The notes beneath the pieces are model-generated. The model searched no databases. It was given only the letters and a program-made list of their open reading frames with translations, and was not told the origin of the DNA. A stretch of 61,509 bases of DNA, the filler included, from Choristocarpus tenellus KU-1152 (taxonomy: Eukaryota > Protista > Phaeophyceae): the NCBI GenBank assembly GCA_964200185.2. It is 11 parts of 11 records of this genome, joined end to end, with 100 filler letters (N's around TTAATTAATTAA, not from the genome) between each part and the next. Parts side by side here need not be neighbours in the genome. Positions count along the whole stretch, not along the records: positions 1 to 12,937 come from CAXNAD020001648.1; positions 13,038 to 16,038 come from CAXNAD020023023.1; 9 more parts are not named here. One strand, 5' to 3'. A program made the position numbers and the translations under genes. Positions 1 through 13,114 of the stretch are shown piece after piece. Positions within the stretch are counted from its first letter, which is position 1. Every line of letters begins with the position of its first letter.

Positions 1-3000
1 GGGGCCGGGAGTTCAAACGTGTCCCCTTCCGATCTACCCCCCCCCCCCCCCCCCCCCCCCCCTCCCTCCTACCCGCCCGCCGTCAAACCCATCCTCAACG
101 GTACGCTCCATCCTCAAATTCTTAAATCCACTGTTATAGCCTTAACTGTTGGCGTATGCTATCCTGAAAAATTAAACATACTCCTGACACATAATAATTC
201 ACAATGAAAATGTAGTAATGAATAAGAAAGGTTCATGCAGACGTTCAGTCTTAACCTAGTGTGAAGGGCTTTTTATTGCTTGTTGGTAATGAATGTCTAG
301 GAGGGTCACGATAACGAACTTCAAAAGTTGTCAAATACCTATCAGTATACAGAGATTGCGGAGAATAAGTGTAGGATGAAGTATACAATAATGGCGTCCA
401 GCAGAAGCGGACTTGAAGGTGTAGAATAATGTAGGAAGGGGAATCTGGTGATACGTTTCAGAGTGCATGGCGAACACAATGGAGTGGAACTTGTACGCTA
501 TATATTCTACGCCTTTTCTTCTTGCGGCAAGTGCTTTACGGAACAAGCATTACTAAGAAATGTTCCCCGATACTAAATTTCTTAAGTGAGCGGACATAGC
601 CATCCACAGCGAGCAGACAACTGGCTTATGACGACATTGATACCCTGAACGGTAAAATATGGGTTCAGGAAGTCAATGAAGTAGGTCATTTTCCACCTAA
701 GAGGAAAACACATATTTACTCAGTGGTCAATGTTGTGCGTGTCTGGATCTTTCTCCAAAGTAACAGTTTGACACTGCAAGCGAGGGGCGTCTTCCCTTGA
801 TGCATGACTCCATAGGAATCACTTGGTGTTCCTCATCAGACTAATATTCTTTGCTGTTGGGATGTGTCAGTATCGGCAGCAGTCACTTCACCTAGAATAC
901 CGTTCAGTAAGAAATATTGCCAACTTCCTACCACAGCGGAGAGAAACAGTTGGAGGACACGGGGCAAAAGCGGTTTGGACATGAGATTCTCCCTAACGTT
1001 TGACTGGTTGGTGGTCGCAGTGTCCATGGTCGGTGCATCCAACAAATTGTATGGAATTGGTAATGATCAAATCCCTTGTGCAGGGTCTCGTTGCATGGAG
1101 TCGCTCTGAGACGATTTTGTCATACGCCACGTAACTTTCAGTATCAACAAGAACGAGTAGGCCACAGGTATGTGAAAAGGCAGAAAACGACATGCAAGAA
1201 TAAGTGTGGCCAAACATGGTGTAGGAGAACTAACAATCCGTTTAGTGTGCCCGACTGTTGTCGATAGGTGCCCCAATGTAGAAGAAAAAGTGTGTTTGGA
1301 GAACTTGAGCTCATTATCAATTTGTACTAAGCACAGTATTCCCTTCTTGGTTGTTGAGACTGAGTTGTTAATACGCACTACATGTTCTCTAGATTTGCAT
1401 GTTAATCAACCTTGACCATCAACCCTACAGCCATGCAATCATAGATGCTCGAGAAACAAGACTTGGACCACGTTGCGATTTCAAATTCAAATTATATTTT
1501 TTTAACCAATTTGATTTCAACATGGTCGCGTCCATTCTTGTCTACACCTCGTAAGTCCGACCATAACAACTTGTTCCTGCTCGCTTCAATCTCCTACGCT
1601 ATTTCTGCAAGTGATAAGCGAACTTGGAAAAGTTAGACTGTAACACTCTTGGTGTAGCAAAAAACGTCTACCAGCCCACGTTCGCCATCACCGCCAGTGA
1701 GGTGATAAATGCATAGCACTATATGCTGACACGTTTACCGTTCAGATATAGAGATATATATAGATACATATATAGTACCTTGACTCTGTTTGCTTATACT
1801 CGCGTTGGTCAATGCTCAATGATGCGGCAGTCTTCCATCATACTCCGGGGAGCTACCCAAGCAATCAATCGACTGTACGATGTATCACGGAGAGAAAAAA
1901 AGCAAATATGTCAAACCCTTCATTTTGTGCTAATCAGAGATATTAATCATATGTAAGTTGCACCTCAATTTCGTATGGTAGTTCATATTTTACTTCAGAA
2001 TTTCCACGGTGCATAAATTGTCAGCGGTGTATCCCTTGTAATTTTTTACTTTCCATTCTTGTGTGTCATTTGCTATTACCATAGTCTGCGTTGCATCTTC
2101 GACATCCTTAACAGTGGTCAAAAAGGATACGTTCTCCAATGGCAAGCCCGGAAGGCGAGAAATTGGAAAGGATATGTATCATGAAAAAAAGGGATTGTGG
2201 ATGATATACGATTTATTGCGGGGAAGTTACAGCTACGTGTCCATGCTTCACTCTCTTCCGGTCTATTTTTGCAAAGAGTAGGAATCGAGAAATGCTGTTT
2301 CCACAAGGCTTAGCCACATGCCTCGACATGAACGGATTAATGGACATCTGAAATTATGTTCAATTTCCAGTTTGCCTCAATTTCTAGTTATTTTGCCGTA
2401 ATACAGTTCATGTTTCAAACGATCGACTGGTCTATGTGTCTAATGCCAGATGTGGATGGGCGATGTCATGAATGCCACAGGTGAAGGCACTGCTCTACCA
2501 CGTATAGTTTCTATGGTCTGGACTGATGACTGCGATGTAGAGGTAAGCTGCTGCCTTACGTACTTCATACAGATGTAAGGTGTGACTATCAAGACAATTT
2601 GATAGAGGAACCGAAAAGGTACAGAGTAGAATTCTTGTATCCTCGGAAGAGGTTGAGGGCATCCTTTCCTGACCAATTATACTTTGCAGCAGGTTTGAGG
2701 GCTCGTGGCAAGTTGCGGTATCCTCACTCAACACAACACACCCATACGCTTGCATATACTACTTATTGTGCACTGACTCTGTCCTTCTTGGCTCTCTGCA
2801 GGCTTTTCTGCTCAAAAGAGTTACACTTTACTCGGATTACTCAACTTCAGTAATCAAGTATAAACCTTGTCAAGCTGGAGCTGATAATGATGTCTGCATT
2901 GCGTGGGTAAATGATGTTGGAGTAGAACCATGTTGACAAGATGGTCTCTGCATTTTGTACCATGAGATGTTGTCTATTATTTATTCGTCAGTTAAGCACC

Positions 3001-3170
3001 AAATGATACAATACTATTAGGACTATTATTATACCCCTCTCCATATAAGATCCAATAAGAGCATAAGAAGGAGGAGGATGGGGGTCATACTCCCGCTCCT
3101 GGAGAAAACATTGATCAATACCACCTGTGAGCTCCTCCCCAAAGCTTCACAGGAAATCCGTAGACTCAGC

Positions 3171-3448
3171 GGACCCATGGTGTCTTAGAGGGGAGGGGTG
3201 TTTAGCCCGGGTTGTGCATCCAGACTTGACTGAGTTTTGTAAGGTACCCAAATTTGATGCCTGTTTTGTGGGTGATTTTCGTTCAGGTCTGGTGCAGGCA
3301 GGGAGGTGGAAAAGGGAGGTGAGTTGAGATGAACGAAATTACCCTTACACCTGACACGTTAACTCGAATGACATGAGAATTGCTACAGGTTCATTCACAT
3401 AGGGCCCGAATGGATGCCTGATCCCCCCCTCTAGGATATCATTGATCC
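3171..3448. mobile_element. MITE family E (diverged copy; second copy at 40240-40508)
   Basis: Imperfect TIRs GACCCATGGTGTCTTAGAGGGG...CCCCCTCTAGGATATCATTGATC. Internal motifs (tttgatgcc..ttttgtgggtgatttt, actcgaatgaca, cccgaatgga) are shared with 40240-40508. Confidence 0.6.
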
Positions 3449-3899
3449 GCGAAGAAGCAGCCTTTCTGGGAAGAGGGATACAGAGTATTCTAGAGACAGC
3501 TTTCAAACAGGTTCGAATCCATCAAAAATAATTAATACGATTTCGAATCTTTAACATGAGACGTAGGTCGGGAATCACAAACTTCATTGTGATTTAGAAA
3601 AAGAACCAACACCACATGAAACTACTAAATTGTGAAATCTAGTATTAAATATGTTCAAGTGATACTGCTGAAAAAGAAAGGATGACATTGTTGTCAGTAG
3701 GTTTATTTCTTGAACACCTACGCCACCTATCCATAATGTTTTATATTATTTATTTCGTCACAAGGAAGTCAGGACCAGGTGACTAGGTCAATATGTCCCT
3801 TATATGCACTACACGTTCTAATTATCATTGATAATAATTTCTCTTCCCCTACACTGGATTAGTGTTTCCCATGGCTCGTTTGATGCTTTGGGTTTGTAG

Positions 3900-4156
3900 G
3901 AGTCAAAGGATCTTAGAGGACAGATCTGTGTCCATTTGGGGAGCAACAATCCAATATTCCGATTTTGATGTAATTTTGGGTATCGTGTTTGTTAGGAAGT
4001 GTCAATATCCTAGTTCCGAATCCACCTTTTCATGACGTGTACATTTTGCCTCCTCCGAAATATTTTGGAATAGGAAAATGTAAAAAAAAAAATTGGGAAG
4101 CCGAGCCCCAAACGGCAAACAGGGCGAAACTCGTATCTTCTAAGATACTTTCACTC
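3900..4156 (+). mobile_element. MITE family A (~257 bp), TSD TAG
   Basis: GAGTCAAAGGATCTTAGAGG...CTAAGATACTTTCACTC, flanked by TAG/TAG. Internal sequence matches 10 other copies. Confidence 0.85.
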
Positions 4157-5845
4157 TAGAATATTATAATCTAAATTAACTCAACCAACATTCCCCACAT
4201 ATTTAAGTCCTCGAAAGATCTATAATCTACGAATGTTACTACTCATGTACACCAGGAGAGTGCGTACCTACATCAACTGATTGAGCGTATAGCACTTCCA
4301 CTTCCATTATGTATCATACTCTGGGTAGTAATTCAATTCACATGGTGTGCGTGTGTCTTAAATTGGAGTGGGAGCTACACAAAAATACATGAGGCAATTC
4401 CTCAAATATATATAAACAATAACAGTCACGTTGTTGTCCAAAATGCACACACACCATGTGATACGAGCAATCCGCATCTGATTGAAAATATGTACAATAA
4501 TACCCTATCTTTTCATATCTGTGTTCCTTGGAGTATCTATTATCTATTGTCCCCACTGCAGATAGGGTAGGAAATATGTACCGTCGAGGTCACTCATTCT
4601 CAAAAGGAGCAGTTCCTGGGTTATTTGCTGACATATCTTCAATGCCTGCATGGCACGTTGAGGGAGACAGTGATGGTCGACCAAGACAAAGTACTGCATG
4701 AGAAAATAACTAGATACTTGCTCTTGTTATTAACTTGGTTGAGTACTCCAACACTACAGCAGTCTAGAAAATACCAGCGCCTTACCACCCCTCTCAGAAT
4801 GAGTATTGTCGAAAGTCTCTGTATGTATAGTGTTGCATGCTTCGCCTGTTATTCAAAATTCAAATTTGACTGACATTCAACTAGGAAATACAGAAAGCAA
4901 CACAATGTACCGCCCTCATCACGAAACAGGTGCGCAGCATTTGGTTGAAGAATGGGTGGAGGATAAGGGTCGTACTCCCACCGCATTCTGCTCGAGGTAG
5001 TCCTGGGAACAATTAAACATGCACCACCCTCCTGTGAATTAGGTAGTGTAGTGTTGACTGCTCTGGTAACATTGAGTAGTTAAGCACTCGTCAAAGATCA
5101 AGTTCTAGAAAGACTCTACATGCCAAACATGCCCACTCCAGAATGTTATCTTGTGTGATACCATCAATCTTTCATGCCAATCATCAGCATGGAGGGGATT
5201 GCATGACTCCAGTGTACGCAAGAAAACGGTAAACCTTTTCAGTACATATTTCTTCATGGACACATGTACCCTTCTCAACAATCACAATATACACACTGTA
5301 AGTATCAACTACGTAAAATATGTAGCTCTGAACCCTACTTCATATAGAGCTAGCTCTACTGCTGCTGTATGTGTCTAACCTACGCTACTGTAGTTCACTC
5401 TACCTACTGGTAGTCTGGTGTTCTTTGTATACATACACATACTGTATTTTCCTTGTGTACGGGTAATGTTGTTTAGCCCCTCTCAAATATCTATACACGA
5501 TGAACAAACCAAAGTACTCTAGATAAAAGGGGTAGGTCGTCTAATCTACCTTCTGCTACAGATATATGTTGTTATTACTACCGCATACTTTTTAATGATA
5601 TAAACAAGGGCAAAATATCTAAGTATATATACATAGCTCTAAAAATTGAAATACTTGAACCAGATGCTCTCATTAATAGGGAACACCTTGTACATCATCG
5701 ACCAACACAATTTCGACTTGATATTGGAGTTCCGACCATTCTCAGTCCTATCAAACTCTCTTTTGCTGCTAGCCTCACTACACAAATGTGATGAACTCTA
5801 CTGAGTTATCATAATACAAGGTAAAAGGGGTCGACACACGTTCAA

Positions 5846-6028
5846 GGGTCAAAGTATCTGGGGGAGGGGGGTTGGTTTGTGAGAGGGCGTCTCTTTTTGT
5901 CAAACAACTCTTTTTTTTGCCGACATTTCAAATCCGACACGTGCGACCAAATCACACCAAAAAAGTGAAAATCAAAAAAAGGGTGAAAAACGGATGCCGA
6001 CACTCCCCCCCCCCAGATACTTTGACCC
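5846..6028. mobile_element. MITE family C (~183 bp), TSD TCAA
   Basis: TIR GGGTCAAAGTATCTGGGG...CCCCAGATACTTTGACCC, flanked by TCAA/TCAA. Related fragment at 30716-30822. Confidence 0.8.
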
Positions 6029-6118
6029 TCAATTGTTTACAACAGGAGGTGGTTACGACAAATAACAACAATAAATCATAAACAGTGACATCACCTTTAA
6101 CTCTTCTATGGGACTCCA

Positions 6119-7397
6119 TCACACAAAAGTCACCAAGAGTCCTATTGGCCAAGACATGCCTTCAATACACTTATATACTATCCTCTGGAATCTCTGGTAC
6201 TCAGGACTTCCCAACCACTCGACCTCACTTGATGACTGGTTGCCACCATTCACCACTGTCACCTTACTATAGCCCGTCGGCCACATCACCCCTTCGACTG
6301 CCTGGTTATAGAACCCTCCAAACGTTATGCTCCGAAGCCCTGTCGGCCATGACACACCACGGAGGTCCTGGTTAAGGTCCGACCCGAAAGTTAAGTGCAC
6401 CAGTCCACGCGGCCACACCGCCCTATCCACTCGTTGGTTGAAGTCGTTCCCAAATGTGAGCTGGCTCAGCCCTCCTGGCCACGTCACTTTATCCAATGGC
6501 TGATTAAACGCATCTCCAAACGTAAGCGATTGGAGCCCCGCTGGCCATGATATTTCTCCTATGGTGTGATTAAAGTTGCACCCAAAGGTCAGCTTCTCCA
6601 GCGTTGGCGGCCACACCACCTCGGCAAGCGTTTGGTTGAAGTCGTGTCCCAACGTGAGCTTCTTGAGTCCTGATGGCCACACAACCCCCGTCAAAGGTTT
6701 GTTGAATCGGTGACCAAATGTCAGTTCATTGAGCCCTGTTGGCCACGCAATTCTGTCCACTGATTTGTTGAACGTATCTCCAAATGTCAGGTACTGGAGA
6801 CCTGTTGGCCATGTAACTCTGTCCACCTCTTCGTTGAACCAGGTCCCAAAGTTAAGCTGTTGGAGCTCCGCAGGCCAATCAACACTGGAAGACACAAAGT
6901 CATTTGTAGTGACATGTTGCAGCTCCCATGAGATTTTTTTAAATTGGAGGGGTGCCACACGCGATGCCATCCGACCATCTTCCCTTAACCTCTCCATGCC
7001 ACGATGCCTGACGAAACGATGATGTCGATTGTTCGACACCCGCACGTGGAAACACGCCATCTCTCGACAGTCCCTACATGCAGGCAGACAAGTCATCAGA
7101 AGCTGCTTGTGATCTTGCAGTTGCACCCAACCCAACTTCAGAACAAGCCAGAGAACCGCTCTCAGGGCTTGCTGCATTGTTTCTTCTTGGGATAGGTTCC
7201 CATTGCTTCCCTATTTTTTCATGGTGTGTTGGTTTTTGACCATGAGGTGTCGCAAGAGCCCCATGAATATCCTTCCTTGTCATGCACCATGTATGTATAC
7301 ATACGTGTCGGGTTGTTCTGTAGAATGTTTCGCTTGGAGTGTTTTCGTCCGTGCCTTGTCCATTTCCATCTTCATTGTAGTTTTTCTGCATTTCCAT
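6119..7397 (-). pseudogene. Intronless F-box-like + FNIP-repeat protein, frameshifted (main ORF 6119-7177, 352 aa)
   Basis: About 9 tandem 22-aa repeats W-P-x-G-L-x-x-L-T-F-G-x-x-F-N-Q-x-(L/V), the FNIP consensus. Upstream ORF 7074-7397 joins by a 1-nt frameshift near 7188 to give QWEPIPEETMQQALRAVL. The C-terminal repeats are decayed. Confidence 0.85.
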
Positions 7398-10300
7398 CTA
7401 TCCTCCTCTATGTTTCGTATCTGCATGAAACCGTAAAAACATTATTTATCATACCCACGAAAATACTTACGAATAGTGACACAAGACACACACTGTCTCC
7501 TCTATCTACTACATACATAGAATGTGTCCAGAATTGTCGAAAGTCGTCTCAACTTATCAATGAATTTCCTACCTCTAACTGAATGTGTGATATTCGGGTA
7601 TATGCTGTATGTAATTCATTGATTAGGTGTCAATCACCTGTCACATTTGTGTTGAAATGTGGGTAACCGAGACCCTCAATCCACCAAACTTTCGGATTTA
7701 AAGACATATTATGATAGAAGGAGTAATCATGAGATGGGAACTGATCTCGATGAAATCAGGTTCTGTCATAAATGTGGTTTGGACATTCGGACATTCGGAC
7801 AGTTCATTCATATACGGCACCAATTGGGAAAAGTTGTTTCAGTCCAATATGAATGCAGGCAATATGTTTGTCATTGAATAGATAAACTTCGACCCTCTAC
7901 AATATGAATCAACGTCATCAAAGAGCCATCAATCAAACTAATTGCTGTAGATTTATAGATGCACAACCTACCCAATGAGGTTTTGTAAGTTCGAAGATCT
8001 ACCAATCAACATGGTTTTGAAGCTCAAGGTTCTGTCCTGTTTCCAACTACTCCTGTTTCAGAACATGAATATGACTAACATGTGATGCCTACCTACATTT
8101 GTTCACGAGATGGCTCGAGAAGGTATACGAGTGAAGGGCATCAGTGTGGATGGCGCCGTGGAAATTGAAAATCAGAGAGGTGCTATGCAAGCGTTTGAAT
8201 GGCATGGTGTTCGACCGTAACAGAGACTTCGAGCTAGGGGAGTGAATGTTCAGTAAGCTGGGCAACAAAGGAGAACAGCTTCCAAATTCTGCCCATACGC
8301 CAAGCGCTGAATTTTGTTAGGATATGGTTGGACATCCATGTACTAGGTTTATGTCTTCTCAAAAGACGAAGCTGGTGAATTCTAGACTAGTGACGTTCGA
8401 ACTGGACAGACTATGGGCGTCGTGGTGGAGTGACACCATGTTCATGAATGTTGATAGCCATGGGGACTTGGATGGAGGTTTTGATAAGGATTTTGATGGT
8501 GGAGTCAACCAATGATATGGACAACATGGACCCGGAGACACACAGAGGTGACACATGACTCTTCTACTGGCCACGGGCAGCGCAGATTTCCATGCTTGAG
8601 CAAGCAACACAGGTGTGCTGAAACCTTGGATGGAATGAATCGTTGTTTTTCAAGTAGTGCTCTGTGTAGAGACTTGGTCAATTAGTGTGAAGGGGTGACA
8701 TAGTGCACTGAAGAACTGATGAGTCCAGAGTGATGAATCTTGTGATATTCTCTGCATAAATGCAGGTTGAATCCTGTGATGTGTCGTGCTATTCCATAGT
8801 GCACTCAAAATAAAATAAAACATGCTCTGTATAGAGGCGTGTTGCCTTGGAAGGAGGTCATAGATATTTTTTCCCCGAATACATCTCATCCAGTTGTGTA
8901 TTGGGTATACTTGAAGCAGTGTGAATTCGTGGTGTAAGTAGGGGCGTTGTCAATCGAAAAAAAGGAAAAACATACACCCCTGTTATTCCTTCTATGAGAA
9001 AAAGTAAAGACACTTCAGTATCTGCTAATTCCAATATTTTTTTTTAATGCCCTCTAACATTTTGCAGATGTGTGAGGGGAAAAACCAATGAAAAACCGTT
9101 CAATGTCAGAATCAAAACATTCTATGGTTGTTCCACAAACTATTACGGTAAGTCATGCACACATACCATTTATGGCGGTACAAGTGTGATCAAGCTGGTT
9201 ATACACTGAGCTGAGTGGCGCGGACTAGTGGACCAATAAACAATTAGCACTTGAAGATGACCCTGTACTGTATCTGTTAGGGGAATAAAAAGGTATCTAT
9301 GCTTCAACAAGGTGCGCCAAGACGTTTGCAACAATACTGGGAGAGGTAGTGTTTCCAAGGCGACATGAAGGGTCACATGAAGTCGGTGTGTTGTCAGAAT
9401 GTGAATATCGCGACTCTCAATCTAACCCTGAGTTCATGTTGGGACTGGAAAACGAGATTGAAGAACAAAAGACAGTAATAATGGACCATAGAGATTCGAA
9501 TTTTCCCTGGACAGGTTCCACGAAATGAAATATTGAATATGGTGAATCGTACTGGGGAAACGACCCTGCTTCGAGTATGTAGGCTGAATGGAATGCAATA
9601 GCACACAGGATGGGGCAATGCATTTTTTTTTATCTATGGACTTTTAGGAGAGCTTGATCTGCAACAAAAGTTTACTACTCGGTTTTGGGGACGACTATGG
9701 GGCCATCCAGGCAGATACATCCTGGATTAAATGGAAGGACTAGGCATGTGAATGTGATGTTGAAGTGTACCAGGGAGTACGACAAGGTTTGTTCAGAGTG
9801 CGATTTATACCAACCACATATCGGCTTGAAGTAATACTCACCAAGAGATTTAACCAGATGTAATTCCATTATTATATCACTCTGTGATGATGGAATTTTT
9901 GTGAGAACCTTGTTTGGGTCTCATAGGGGTGTATGCAGAATAGGAGTTTTGTCCCGATTTCCCTGTTTTTGTGTGAATCTATGTGTGGCTTTAGCCTACG
10001 AAATATCAATATACTCTTAAAATAGTACATTCGGAATGATGATTAACTGGCATTGTAGTTTGACTATACTGTTGTAAAGGTCATGGAGGTATGAAATCAC
10101 CTTCTTCCTCTTCCGTTCTAACACCATACTTCCTCCGTTCGGAATTAAATGTAACATGACTTTTGCAAGCTCCGTTCTCGCCCGAGAACAATCCACATGA
10201 TAAACCCTCTGGACCAGGCTTACTTCTCATATACATTGAGAGGCGGAAAAAATTTGAGATGGTGAGTTGTCATGACTGTGGAGAATCACTAGTGCAAAGT

Positions 10301-10479
10301 TGACCAAGTCGCATTTTACGTGGTTCAAAAAGCCTCATGAAACTGTCAAAGCTGGTATTTAATCAGATGTCTAGGACAAAGCCCCCACTCATCTCGCCGT
10401 CGCCCGTCAGACACAATTCTTCAGCCCAGAAGCCTGTCGTGTGTCTAGACTAAAAAAACTCAACAAAGGACAACATGGT

Positions 10480-10775
10480 GATGCAATGCCTGGAGGCGAG
10501 AGGGTGCGAGACTAGGATGCCTCTGGGGACTGCGGCCATCACGGAGGACGTCGTAATTTCCCGAATCAGTGTGTTCCATCATCTGAAGGAGTATGACAGC
10601 CAGATTGCACAGGGTGAACAGAACAGATCGGGCGGTGATAATGTGCATTTTCTTGTCTTCGGTTGCAACACCTGGATGAAGGTGGATGAATGGTAGGCTG
10701 CCAAGAAAGGCAACAAAAAGGATATAACGTGACTGAAGGCTGTGGTAAAAGTAACGTGAACCCACACAAATACAT
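10480..10775 (-). pseudogene. Possible decayed PQ-loop/SemiSWEET-like small membrane protein
   Basis: FIQVLQPKTRKCTLSPPDLFCSPCAIWLSYSFR resembles the PQ..K..KT...LS...LF.....WL.Y pattern. Frame is broken. Similarity judged by eye only. Confidence 0.25.
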
Positions 10776-11339
10776 CTACAAAAAAATAAAATAGATGTAA
10801 CAAATGCTGAATAGTATAAAACATCTCATTCCGCAATGTCTTCTTGACAACTTGTGAAAAGTCCTGTATTCTTCAAAACATACAACGTGTAGTAGTCTCT
10901 TATATATGGCATCAAACTTGCATGTAGTAGTGGGAAATGAGTACGCACAAAATATTATCTGGAAAAAATGCCGCCTTGGGTGTGACCCCTCTCAAAATGG
11001 GGGGCCTTTGCCCTCGTGGTGCTGTGCACACGGTTTGGTAATGATCAAGTACATGGGATTTTTGCGCCTATTTAAGATTGGACTTACAATCATGTATTTT
11101 TTTTATTCGCACCACTATTCAAACGCATTGCATATGATCTGTCGACTTCATATCAAACCTCTTCTGTATCGCACACAACATGTCCCTAATAGCAGAAGCG
11201 CTTTCATGAACAGCACAAAAGTGATGGTGTGTCCATCTGGAGAATAAGTCGTCATCATCTCAGCCCTTGCAGTTCCACCTCTGCCATTGAACTTCTTCGC
11301 ACAGGTCCCATCCCTGTCACCATTCCTCACTGACAACCA

Positions 11340-11480
11340 GTGTACACGGCGCTTCTTCAGGTAATCACACAGGTTGTCCTTGTTGGGTCTGCGATGGACA
11401 CAAAATCTAGGAGTTTTACGGCAAGTACGTAAGGAGAGAAACATATTGTAGTACTGTGGGCAGCCGAGGACTGCTGATGC
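11340..11480 (-). pseudogene. Possible EsV-1-7-like cysteine-rich repeat remnant
   Basis: GCPQYYNMF....RKTPRFCVHRRPNKDNLCDYLKKR resembles the GC.K.P.F....K..RFC..H....MVDV..KRC repeat. Confidence 0.35.
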
Positions 11481-11691
11481 ATACAGACTACTCTTTTGTG
11501 GGCTGGAAGCAATGAACTGTGTGTGAGAGACTATGAGTATTACAGACAAGGATGTCTTGGATGAGCATGATAAACTATGTTAGAAGAGGAGATTGACGTA
11601 TGACCTACTAGTCACACGTCAAAATGTGAAGGGTCAACGGTCATACTGCATCTATTTATAGTGATCAGGGGTAGGCACAAGCTTGCAGTAT

Positions 11692-11872
11692 AGCTCAAAG
11701 TATCTGGGGGGGAGTTGCAGCTGTCCACTTGGGGTCAATTTTTTCATGTCGCGATTTTTGTGTGATTTGGTTGCATACGTCGGGGATGGATAATGTAAGT
11801 GCACCTTTCCTGGTTATGTCTCAAATGGACACCCTGGTGTAGCCCCCCCCCCTCCCCCAGATACTTTGGGTC
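11692..11872. mobile_element. MITE family B (~181 bp), TSD TAT
   Basis: TIR (G/A)GCTCAAAGTATCTGGGGG...CCCCAGATACTTTGGGTC, flanked by TAT/TAT. Internal ttggggtcaattttttcatgtcgcgatttt recurs throughout the window. Confidence 0.85.
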
Positions 11873-11981
11873 TATTTACGTTGCTTAAAGAGAAATATAT
11901 AATCACATCCATAATGCGCAAGCTTTGCTGATATTCCCTTGAAAACTTCTGAGCAGAAGGTCCTATATATTTAACCAGAAC

Positions 11982-12194
11982 GTTCTCAAAATATCTGGGG
12001 GGGGGTTGTGAGGGGGCATCCGTTTCCGTCCGGGCGAAGTGCTCAAGAATCATAGCAATTCGTGTCTTCATTCGTGAATTGTCCGTGACTGAGGACATCA
12101 ATTGCTATGATTTTTGAGCAATTCGTCCGGACCAAAACGGACGCCCTCTCACAAACCACCTCACAAACCACCACCCCCTAGGATACTTTGACTC
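11982..12194. mobile_element. MITE family D, foldback/hairpin element
   Basis: Arms 12006-12070 and 12090-12154 are imperfect reverse complements. Ends in GATACTTTGACTC. Terminal part is shared with family C. Confidence 0.75.
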
Positions 12195-12937
12195 AGCCAC
12201 CATCCTCTTATGATGTATTTGGACCAAAATGCATTTAGGATCTACGCTTGGCACTTGAGTGGGTGTAGACTATATTATTATAGCTCAGGGAAGTTGCCGT
12301 TGGGTTCAAAGGTTGGAGCCTGGGTGGTTGCCGCCGCTTGGTTTGGGTGTGGAAGAGAGGTCATCTGTTGTGGAAATCTCGACTTGTGCTGAAGATGGTG
12401 GTATGGAGTACGAGATGCTTGTGGGTCAACGTGTTTCTAGTAACGTTTCTGCTAGTTGCTCTGTGGTCCGATCAACGCAAAGAGGGAAGGAAAAAGGATT
12501 GGGGCATTCCAGTAAAAACATTAGAGGATGGTGGCAGAACACTGTAATGGAGATGAAATCTGGGTTGCCACCGGGCCAATAAAGACATGCGTATGAGGAT
12601 ATATTAACACAAACTCTTCGGGAGGATAATAAATTCAATGTACCAAATATGCTTAAGTCCATTGATTTAGAAAACGTCCGATCTCTCCATCATAACACGT
12701 CTGTTGAGGCATGTGTCGGACTGGCAAAGAAGAGTGTGACTCACGATCAGAAATTGGCTTGTGTTGCTCCTCAAAGGCGTGTCTATCGTCAGTATGGTGG
12801 CAGTGTAGGACTTGTCCAGAATCAGGCCCTTGTAGGAGCGTCTTGGTCAATACTGTAGTTTTGGAGAAGAAGTTGCATATTTCGCAAGTCGCTATTCTCC
12901 CATTTGACCTCGTAGGGGTAGCTGACCCGCTCCTCTC

Positions 12938-13037
12938 NNNNNNNNNNNNNNNNNNNNNNNNNNNNNNNNNNNNNNNNNNNNTTAATTAATTAANNNNNNN
13001 NNNNNNNNNNNNNNNNNNNNNNNNNNNNNNNNNNNNN
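12938..13037. other. Artificial contig linker (also 16039-16138, 20534-20633, 27061-27160, 30616-30715, 38341-38440, 42490-42589, 45650-45749, 53938-54037, 57927-58026)
   Basis: Identical 100-bp spacer of Ns around TTAATTAATTAA, which places stops in all six frames. Confidence 0.98.
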
Positions 13038-13114
13038 CTTTCACCCTCTCCCCCTCCTCCTCCCCCCTACCCCCCCTCCCCGTCCTCCTCTGTCAACACT
13101 CACTCTGAAAAAAG

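Noticed and set aside
19-207. Poly-proline ORFs (also 20336-20581, 20582-20857)
   Set aside because: Poly-C/G homopolymers at contig ends.
331-1378. Retrotransposon RT or PKS remnant
   Set aside because: Only isolated short resemblances (YHQIPL); no ordered motif set could be confirmed by eye.
5641-5650. AAAATTGA mimivirus-type early promoter motif
   Set aside because: A short AT-rich word that also occurs inside MITE B, with no intact ORF downstream.
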